Assembly (NCBI GenBank): GCA_041946805.1
Contig: JBHGBC010000101.1
Span: 1-21,814, forward strand
Reading direction: 5' to 3'
From: a bacterium
Lineage (GTDB): Bacteria; Hinthialibacterota; Hinthialibacteria; Hinthialibacterales; Hinthialibacteraceae
DNA: 21,814 bases
In this document: positions 15,098 through 21,814 of the stretch, one piece after another
Layout of the letters: each line of letters begins with the position of its first letter
Position numbering within the stretch: position 1 is the stretch's first letter
The notes under the pieces: model-generated
Database searches by the model: none
The model's input: only the letters and a program-made list of their open reading frames with translations
Told to the model about the DNA's origin: nothing
Position numbers and translations under genes: made by a program

Positions 15098-15439
15098 TTA
15101 TCCTTTCAACAAATTGATGGTCTCGAGATTGACGGTTTCCCGCTGGCGGAACAGATTGATCAGCACCGCGAGTCCCACGCCCACTTCGGCCGCCGAAACG
15201 GTGAGAATCAGAAACACGAACACCATCCCATTCCCCGCCATGCGCGAAAGGTCGAAACCGGACGGCGCCGCGTGCAGGGGCGTGAACCGGATGAAGGCCA
15301 CGATGGCCAGGTTGGCCGCGTTGAGCATCAATTCCACCGACATGAGGATCACCAGGGCGTTTTTGCGCGCGAGCACACCGGTCACGCCCAGCGAAAACAA
15401 CACTCCGCTCAACAACAGGTAATGATTCAAACTGATCAT
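15098..15439 (-). CDS. nuoK: NADH-quinone oxidoreductase subunit K
   Basis: LMSVELMLNAANL and VSAAEVGVGLA with both conserved Glu residues; ends LLKG. Confidence 0.95.
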   Translation of the reverse strand: MISLNHYLLLSGVLFSLGVTGVLARKNALVILMSVELMLNAANLAIVAFIRFTPLHAAPSGFDLSRMAGNGMVFVFLILTVSAAEVGVGLAVLINLFRQRETVNLETINLLKG

Positions 15440-15508
15440 GGTCTCTTTCCGTCCCCTTCCCCGCCGCGGGCCGGAGGAAGGCCAGGCTTGGGATCCGGCA
15501 TTCCCCCA

Positions 15509-16042
15509 TCAGGTTTCCGGGCCTTGGTTTTTCTTCGCGCCCGGCTGGCGGGCGGTCACCACGGCGCCGATCACCGCCGCCGTGAGCAAAACCGCCGCCA
15601 ACTCGAACGGGATCAGATACCGGGTCAGCAGATCATGGGCGATTTTTTCGGGGCTGCCCCATTCGGCGCCGGCCAGGGGGGGTTCCGTCCAATCGAATCC
15701 CGCACTGGGGTCCCGGAACAAGTACACCAGAAAAGCCAGACCGAAAAGCGCCACCAAACCGATGCCCCACCGGCGGGGCGTGTCGAGTTGGATGGGGTCG
15801 TCGCGCTGCAGATTCAACAGGGAGATGACAAAAATAATCAGCACCATCACCGCCCCGGTGTACACGATGATCAAAATCCAGGCGAGAAATTCGGCGTGCA
15901 GCAGCAAAAACAATCCCGCCATGGCCGTGAAGGTCACCACCAGGCAGAGAGCGCTGTACATGGGATTGCGCGCCGCAATCACGCCCATGCCGAAGAAGAA
16001 GGCCACCACCGCGCAGACCCAGAAGAAGAAGGTTGCCGCCAT
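15509..16042 (-). CDS. nuoJ: NADH-quinone oxidoreductase subunit J
   Basis: RNPMYSALCL, AEFLA..LIIVYTGAVMVL, YLIPFELAAVLL..AVIGAV. Confidence 0.93.
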   Translation of the reverse strand: MAATFFFWVCAVVAFFFGMGVIAARNPMYSALCLVVTFTAMAGLFLLLHAEFLAWILIIVYTGAVMVLIIFVISLLNLQRDDPIQLDTPRRWGIGLVALFGLAFLVYLFRDPSAGFDWTEPPLAGAEWGSPEKIAHDLLTRYLIPFELAAVLLTAAVIGAVVTARQPGAKKNQGPET

Positions 16043-16054
16043 GCTCGCTTGGTC

Positions 16055-17098
16055 CTATGATCCCAGCATCAATCCCACCGCCGCCAGGAAGATGTTGCCC
16101 AACGCCAGGGGAAGCAGAAGGTTCCATCCGAACTTCATCAACTGATCGTACCGGAAACGGGGCAGGGTGGCGCGCACCCAGATGAACACGAACAGCAGCG
16201 CGAACACCTTCACCCCGAACCATATCCATCCCGGGACCGCCGTGAAGGGCGCGAACGGCAGGGGCGCATGCCACGCCCCCAGAAACAGCGTCGTGGCGAT
16301 GGAGGAGACCACGATCATGTTCAGGTATTCGGCCATGAAGAACATGGCGAACTTCATGCTGCTGTATTCCGTGTGGTACCCCGCCACCAGTTCGGTTTCC
16401 GCCTCGGGCAGGTCGAAGGGCAGGCGGTTGGTCTCCGCGAATCCCGAGATCAGGAACAAAAAAAAGCCAGTCAATCCGGGAACCACCAGCCATTGGGGGC
16501 TGAAAATCCACCAGTGCCAAAAGCCGTCCCCCTGGCTGGCCACGATCCCGCTCAGCCGGAACGTCCCGGCGGCCATCAACACCGTCACCACCGACAAGCC
16601 CAGCGTCAGCTCATAGCTGAACATTTGGGCGGACGACCGCAGCGCCCCCAGCAGCGAATACTTGTTGCTCGAGCTCCACCCCGCCAGGAATATGCTGTAC
16701 ACCCCCAGGGAGCTGATGCCGATCATGTACAGCAGCCCCGCGTTCACGTCCGCGATCTGCAGGTTCCCCGCGTCCCGCCCCAGCACGGTGAACGCCGGCC
16801 CGAAGGGAATCACCGCCAGGTTCATCATCGCCGTCGTCAGGGCCAGGAGGGGGGCGGCGAAATACAGCACCCGGTCGGTCTGGCGGGGAAGGATGTCTTC
16901 CTTGAACAGCAATTTAATGGCATCGGCAACGGGTTGGAGCAATCCGAACGGACCCACCCGGTAGGGACCGAAACGCTGTTGGAAATGGCCGATCAGTTTC
17001 CGCTCCAGCCAGGGCAAAAACGCCACGGCGCCCATGACCGTGCCCACGATCAGGGCGATCTTGAGTACCGCGAATCCCGCGATTTCCGTTGCGCTCAT
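16055..17098 (-). CDS. nuoH: NADH-quinone oxidoreductase subunit H
   Basis: ERK.....QQRFGP..VGPFGLLQPVADAIKLLFKE, AETNRLPFDLPEAETELVAGYHTEYS, RATLPRFRYDQLM; ATGA overlap with nuoG. Confidence 0.96.
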   Translation of the reverse strand: MSATEIAGFAVLKIALIVGTVMGAVAFLPWLERKLIGHFQQRFGPYRVGPFGLLQPVADAIKLLFKEDILPRQTDRVLYFAAPLLALTTAMMNLAVIPFGPAFTVLGRDAGNLQIADVNAGLLYMIGISSLGVYSIFLAGWSSSNKYSLLGALRSSAQMFSYELTLGLSVVTVLMAAGTFRLSGIVASQGDGFWHWWIFSPQWLVVPGLTGFFLFLISGFAETNRLPFDLPEAETELVAGYHTEYSSMKFAMFFMAEYLNMIVVSSIATTLFLGAWHAPLPFAPFTAVPGWIWFGVKVFALLFVFIWVRATLPRFRYDQLMKFGWNLLLPLALGNIFLAAVGLMLGS

Positions 17099-19632
17099 GG
17101 TTGTAGGGTGATCCAGGGATTGTCTTCCGGCGCCAGTCCGTTAACGGACACGTTATCATATCGTCCCACAAGGGTAACACAACCCAGCTGGGTGGCCGCC
17201 GAAATCCGGACCGGTAATCGCGCCGAACCCAGTTCGCCCTTCAATATCGCGCAATCTCCTTCCTTGATCCCCAGCCGCGCCGCGTCGTCCGGATGAATTT
17301 CCGCCACGCACGCTTCGCTGCGTTCCACCAGCGGCGGAGCGAATCGTTTCTCCCCGGCCCGGTCGAACAGATACCGCCCTCGGACCAGCCGGAACGGATA
17401 AGCGGGCGAGGCCGTTTCTTCCAGGCTCCGCGGCCAGGTCAAGGAACACGCGGGCGTTGAATCGAACAACGCCAGATCCACCGGCCGCGCCATCCGGCCT
17501 TCCCGCCCCAGACCGGACCAAGTAACGCCTTGATATGCGGCTACGTCCCGGGCGATGGTCTCCAATACCCGCTCGGGCGGGATCTGCCGCCACGGCGCTC
17601 CCCACCGTTCGCCCAAGGCCAACAAGAGTTGGTATCCGGTGAGCGTCCCTTCCAGCTGCGGCATCGCCTTTTCGGCCCGTTGGATCCGGCCCGCCACGTT
17701 GGTGTAAGTGCCGTCCTCCTCGCTGTAGGACGAGAGGGGCATGAACACCGACGCGTGCTTCGCGGTCTCGTATTCGTACGAATCCGCCACCGCCAGAAAC
17801 GGGACCGTCTCCAGCGCCCGCCGCGCCAGATCGCGGTCCGGGTATTCTTCAATAATATCCGTATGGAAAAGCACCAGGCCCTGGATCGATCCGTCCAGGC
17901 AGCCTTCCAAAATCTGCGTCGTGTTGCGTCCCGGCGGCGATACCGGTTGGTAGCCCGGTCCCCGGTGCGGATAGCACCCCATGTCCGCCGCCCCCCGTGA
18001 ATTGTTGTGCGGCAGCAACAGGCTCAACGGCAGGGGAAGGCCTGGATCGCGCCGCAGCAAGGCCGCCAGCTCCGCCGCCAGTCTTACATGCACCGCCCCT
18101 TTCCAGGATGTGAACAACGTTTCTCCCAGCAGAATCGTGGCCCGCTCCACCCGGGTGATTTCCTGGGCGATTGTCCGGATTTCCTCCTCCGCGATCCCCG
18201 CCGGTTTCTCTCCCTCCGGTACCGGCAAGGCGGCGAGGATTTCATGCATCTCCTCTGGCAACGGGCTGCCTTTTTCCACCGCCGTCAACCGGAGCAGAGC
18301 GGCCAGGAATGATGTTTCCCCGCCCGGCCGGTAGGTCCAGACTCCCGCGCAGGCTTTGTCCAGCCGCGTGGGACGGTGATGCGCCAAGTAAATCCGCGCG
18401 CCCGCCGCCCGGCTCCGGACCTGCAGGTGCAGAATGGGCAGTTCGTTGGGCAGATCGCTCCCCAAGAGCAGGATGGCGTTCGCTTCCTGGATCTCCTGAA
18501 ACGGCTGGTTGGCCGCCCGCAGGGCGATCGAGGTCAGATAGCCATCCTCGTTTTGCGGGACGATGTGTTCCGTCCGATGATCGATATGGTTGGATTGGAG
18601 TACTTCCCGGAAGAACTTTTGAAACAAGAAAAGGGTCTCGTTGCTGGGCCGCGGACCAATGATTCCCGCCACCGCCTGGCTGCCACGGTACTGAAGGATT
18701 TCCTTGAGTTTCTTCACCGTCTGGCCGATGGCTTCCGCCCACCGGGCTTCGCTTCGTTCCCCCTTTTCGTTCCGCTTGATGGGCTGGGTGGCGCGGCGGC
18801 CCGGATTGAACTGGTCGAACCCGAACCTCCCGATGTCGCAGATCCAGCGGGAATTGACGGCCGGATTGTCCCGCGGCTCGATCCGCAGGACCTCGTGCGT
18901 GCGGTTGCGGTGCTCCAGAAAGATATTGCATCCCACCGAACACAGCGAACAGACCGACGGTTTCTTTTGCAGTTCCCACACCCGGACGCGGAAACGGGTC
19001 ACTTTGCTGGTCAACGCCCCCACCGGGCACAGGTCGATGGTGTTCCCCGCGAACTCGTTCTTCAACGGCCGGTCCTGGAACGTGGAGATACAGGATTTGT
19101 ATCCTCGCTGCACGACCGCCAGTTCCCCATCGCCCGCGACCTCTTCCAGAAACCGTACGCAGCGGGAGCACAGGATGCACCGGTTCCGTTCCAAATCGAT
19201 CAGGGGGCCGATGTCCGGTTTGGGGAATGTGCGCCGCCGGTACCGGAACCGGGTATCGTCCGTCCCATGGCGCAGGCTGTATTCCTGCAGTTTACACTCG
19301 CCGCCCTGGTCGCAGACCGGGCAATCGAGCGGATGCTGCACCAGCAGGAACTCCATCTGCATTTGGCGGGCTTCCAACACCTTGGGGCTTTTTGTGAAGA
19401 CGATCTGCCCATCCGCCGCCGGTGTGGAGCACGATGGCTGCAACTTGGGCACGTGTTCGATCTCCACCAGGCACAGGCGGCAGCTGGCGACGATCGACAA
19501 CGCGGGATCGTAGCAATAATGGGGGATCTCGATGCCAAGTTGCCGGGCCGCCTCGATCAGGGTCGTCCCCTTTTTCACGGTGACCGGCCGGCCGTCGATG
19601 GTTACGGTGACCGTCGTGTTCGGTTGATTCAT
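17095..19632 (-). CDS. nuoG: NADH-quinone oxidoreductase subunit G (long form with N7 motif and C-terminal molybdopterin-dinucleotide-binding-like domain)
   Basis: N1b CY...CRLC...SC; N5 HPLDCPVCDQGGEC; N4 CILCSRC...CPVGAL; N7 CSLCSVGC...WICD; C-terminal EIHPDDAARLGI. Confidence 0.94.
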   Translation of the reverse strand: MNQPNTTVTVTIDGRPVTVKKGTTLIEAARQLGIEIPHYCYDPALSIVASCRLCLVEIEHVPKLQPSCSTPAADGQIVFTKSPKVLEARQMQMEFLLVQHPLDCPVCDQGGECKLQEYSLRHGTDDTRFRYRRRTFPKPDIGPLIDLERNRCILCSRCVRFLEEVAGDGELAVVQRGYKSCISTFQDRPLKNEFAGNTIDLCPVGALTSKVTRFRVRVWELQKKPSVCSLCSVGCNIFLEHRNRTHEVLRIEPRDNPAVNSRWICDIGRFGFDQFNPGRRATQPIKRNEKGERSEARWAEAIGQTVKKLKEILQYRGSQAVAGIIGPRPSNETLFLFQKFFREVLQSNHIDHRTEHIVPQNEDGYLTSIALRAANQPFQEIQEANAILLLGSDLPNELPILHLQVRSRAAGARIYLAHHRPTRLDKACAGVWTYRPGGETSFLAALLRLTAVEKGSPLPEEMHEILAALPVPEGEKPAGIAEEEIRTIAQEITRVERATILLGETLFTSWKGAVHVRLAAELAALLRRDPGLPLPLSLLLPHNNSRGAADMGCYPHRGPGYQPVSPPGRNTTQILEGCLDGSIQGLVLFHTDIIEEYPDRDLARRALETVPFLAVADSYEYETAKHASVFMPLSSYSEEDGTYTNVAGRIQRAEKAMPQLEGTLTGYQLLLALGERWGAPWRQIPPERVLETIARDVAAYQGVTWSGLGREGRMARPVDLALFDSTPACSLTWPRSLEETASPAYPFRLVRGRYLFDRAGEKRFAPPLVERSEACVAEIHPDDAARLGIKEGDCAILKGELGSARLPVRISAATQLGCVTLVGRYDNVSVNGLAPEDNPWITLQP

Positions 19633-19653
19633 AACACGTGGTTCCTTGGTTCC

Positions 19654-20949
19654 TCAGTGGACCGCCAGGGCTTCCGCCGGCTCCGGCCGGGATTCCGGCT
19701 TCCGGATTTTCCGTTCGAATTCCTCCCGGAATTGCTGCACGAAGGAACGAACCGGCCAGACCGCCGCGGCCCACAGGGGGCAGATCGAAGTGTATTCCGA
19801 CCGGCCGATGTCCAGAATCAGGTCCAGATCGTCCGGACGCCCCTGGCCTTGATAAATCGCTTCCAGGATTTGCACGAACCAGTGGGTTCCTTCCCGGCAG
19901 GGTGTGCACTGCCCGCACGATTCATGCTCATAAAACCGGGCGATCAACAGGGCGGTTTCCACCATGTCCACGGTCTCATCCATGACGATGACCGCCCCCG
20001 ATCCCAGGGACGAATCCACGGCTTGGAGGTCCTCGTACGTCAACTTCACATCCAATTGATTCTCCCGCAGCACTGGCATCGACGTACCGCCGGGGATCAC
20101 CGCCTTGATTTTCCGCCCTCCCGGGACGCCGCCGCCGAGATTCATGATGAACTCCCGCAGGGTCATGGTTCCCATTTCCACTTCGTATACCCCGGGTTGG
20201 TTCACATGCCCGCTGAGGCAGAGCAGCCGCGTCCCCCGGCTTTTCTCCGTCCCGAAGCGGGCGTACCACTCGCCCCCCTTCTCGATGATGACGGGAATCG
20301 CGGCCAGGGTTTCGACATTGTTGATGATGGTGGGGCATCCATACAGGCCGGCGATGGCCGGAAAGGGAGGTTTGTTGCGCGGATAGCCCCGTTGGCCTTC
20401 GAGCGAGGTCAGCAGGCCGGTTTCTTCGCCGCAGATGTACGCCCCCGCGCCCCGGTACACATCGATTGCACAATCAAATCCGCTCTCCAGGATATTTTGG
20501 CCGATCAAACCATTGCGCCGCGCGTCCTCGACGGCCATTTGCAGGATTTGCGCCCCCCGGTGAAACTCGCCCCGGATGTAGATGTAGGCTTGATGGGAAC
20601 CGATAGCGTAACACGCAAGGAGGATCCCTTCCAATAATTTATGGGGATCCTGCTCGATGATGATCCGGTCCTTACAGGTCCCCGGTTCGCTTTCGTCGGC
20701 GTTACAGCAAAGGTAAACCGGCTGGGTAGATCCCTTGGGAATGAACGACCATTTCATTCCGGTGGGAAATCCCGCGCCCCCGCGTCCTTTAATGTCCGAC
20801 TTTTTCAATTCCTCCACCACCTGCGCGGGGGTGAGGCTATTCAGCGCTTTTTCCAAGGCTCTATATCCCCCGATTTCTTGGTAAGCCTTGACGGTAAGCA
20901 GGTCGGCGGAACCGGGGGTTGGCAGGATTTTGCGGGTTTTATCGGACAT
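19654..20949 (-). CDS. nuoF: NADH-quinone oxidoreductase subunit F (FMN/NADH-binding)
   Basis: GRGGAGFPTGMKW, NADESEPGTCKDR, GAGAYICGEETGLL.SLEG.RG.PRNKPPFP, ESCGQCTPCREG...ICPL (N3). Confidence 0.96.
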   Translation of the reverse strand: MSDKTRKILPTPGSADLLTVKAYQEIGGYRALEKALNSLTPAQVVEELKKSDIKGRGGAGFPTGMKWSFIPKGSTQPVYLCCNADESEPGTCKDRIIIEQDPHKLLEGILLACYAIGSHQAYIYIRGEFHRGAQILQMAVEDARRNGLIGQNILESGFDCAIDVYRGAGAYICGEETGLLTSLEGQRGYPRNKPPFPAIAGLYGCPTIINNVETLAAIPVIIEKGGEWYARFGTEKSRGTRLLCLSGHVNQPGVYEVEMGTMTLREFIMNLGGGVPGGRKIKAVIPGGTSMPVLRENQLDVKLTYEDLQAVDSSLGSGAVIVMDETVDMVETALLIARFYEHESCGQCTPCREGTHWFVQILEAIYQGQGRPDDLDLILDIGRSEYTSICPLWAAAVWPVRSFVQQFREEFERKIRKPESRPEPAEALAVH

Positions 20950-20991
20950 GGACGTTACTTTAATATCTATTAGTTTATCAACTTAGTTAAT

Positions 20992-21020
20992 ATTCTACCC
21001 GACTTGTGAAATTCACTCAA
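20992..21020 (-). promoter_or_regulatory. Candidate sigma70 promoter upstream of nuoF
   Basis: Minus strand TTGAGT (21020-21015), 17-nt spacer, TAGAAT (20997-20992), in an AT-rich 130-bp gap, 42 nt before the nuoF ATG. Confidence 0.55.
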
Positions 21021-21079
21021 GATGATGGGATAAGTCATGAAACAGGAACAGATGATTCCGTGATTTTCGTAAGTCTAGA

Positions 21080-21541
21080 TTATTCAAGAGAATCGATCAG
21101 TTCCAGCACCTTTTCGGGCGTCATGTGTGTATATTCTTTTCCGTTGATGTGCAGGCAAGGCGCCCAGGAACATCCCGCCAGGCATTCCACCGCTTGCAGG
21201 GAAAAACGCCGATCTTTGGTGCATTCTCCGCAGGATACGCCCAGCTTCTCTTCCAACGCCCGCCGGACCTCCTGGGCCCCGGTCAAATGGCAAGAGATAT
21301 TGGTGCACACCTCGATGTGATATTTCCCCGGCGGTTTCAAGGGAAACATAGTGTAAAAGGTAGCTATTCCCTGGATATAGGCGGGACTAGTCCCAAGAAT
21401 TTCCGCCACTTCCTCCATGGCCTCGGGAGATACGTAACCATAGATTTCCCAAGCCAAATACAGTAGCGGGAGAGAGGCGGATCTGATCCGTGGGAAGCGG
21501 CGGAGGATGTCATCCACCCGGCCGGGACAGGTGTCTCTCAT
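21080..21541 (-). CDS. nuoE: NADH-quinone oxidoreductase subunit E (2Fe-2S N1a)
   Basis: RFP..RSASLPLL, GIATFYTMF, CTNISC and CLAGC..AP. Start uncertain: 21541 fits typical NuoE length; upstream in-frame ATGs include 21586 and 21625. Confidence 0.9.
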   Translation of the reverse strand: MRDTCPGRVDDILRRFPRIRSASLPLLYLAWEIYGYVSPEAMEEVAEILGTSPAYIQGIATFYTMFPLKPPGKYHIEVCTNISCHLTGAQEVRRALEEKLGVSCGECTKDRRFSLQAVECLAGCSWAPCLHINGKEYTHMTPEKVLELIDSLE

Positions 21542-21804
21542 TTTGTGATGATTTTGCAAGGTTTTTTTTTCATGAATTTCGATCATAACCGGAATCCTGA
21601 GGGGAATCATGAATCTATGAGACATTCTACAGATCCCGGTTCGCTCTTGAAGTGAACTACATCATTAAAATGATATTTAAAATTTGATATTATTAGTATT
21701 TATGGTTCCCTTATACGGGAGGCTCATCCGGCAAGTGCGTACTTTTTCCCCGATCGCCTATTCGCATCTCTTCGAAGTGATCGATGAAAACCATCCCCAA
21801 AATT

Positions 21805-21814
21805 CCCTCTCCCT
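21805..21814 (-). repeat. Possible start of another family A REP, cut by the window edge
   Basis: The window ends ccctctccct, identical to the start of the 9911 copy; only 10 bp are visible. Confidence 0.35.

Noticed and set aside
15470..15511. Selenocysteine codon with SECIS at the end of nuoJ
   Set aside because: The TGA follows a complete NuoJ in a non-conserved tail with no Cys-equivalent position, and the loop lacks the apical G typical of bacterial SECIS elements.
18376..20637. 753-aa plus-strand ORF and the other long antisense ORFs (e.g. 1670-2692, 4359-5312, 6833-8014, 8756-9772, 10624-11694, 16268-17296)
   Set aside because: Antisense shadows of well-supported high-GC genes, with no recognisable motifs.
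21004..21559. Rex or CRP boxes at 21004 (ttgtgaaattcactcaa) and 21543 (ttgtgatgattttgcaa)
   Set aside because: Each has only one good half-site and spans 17 bp rather than 18. Biologically plausible near nuo genes but not supportable from sequence alone.

Overview
High-GC bacterial DNA, probably from a diderm given the Tat and Sec signal peptides; the taxon cannot be fixed from this window. Every supported gene is on the minus strand. Reading in transcription order (right to left): (1) an atypical respiratory complex I operon, nuoE-F-G-H-J-K-N-L-M. It has no nuoI between H and J, no nuoA-D in the ~270 bp upstream of nuoE, nuoN ahead of nuoL/M, and a candidate sigma70 promoter between nuoE and nuoF. 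(2) A sugar/glycoside-catabolism block: two xylose-isomerase-like TIM-barrel paralogs, two Tat-signal Gfo/Idh/MocA oxidoreductases, a secreted ThuA-like protein and an orphan DUF2283 gene. (3) The agmatine deiminase pair aguB-aguA. (4) An AT-rich orphan gene and a collapsed RecD2 helicase remnant at the left edge. Intergenic gaps from 0.35 to 10.1 kb hold several REP-like palindrome families. These include a 240-300 bp three-family mosaic present twice in inverted orientation around the oxidoreductase genes, with stem-preserving substitutions. No rRNA, tRNA, CRISPR array or transposase is visible.
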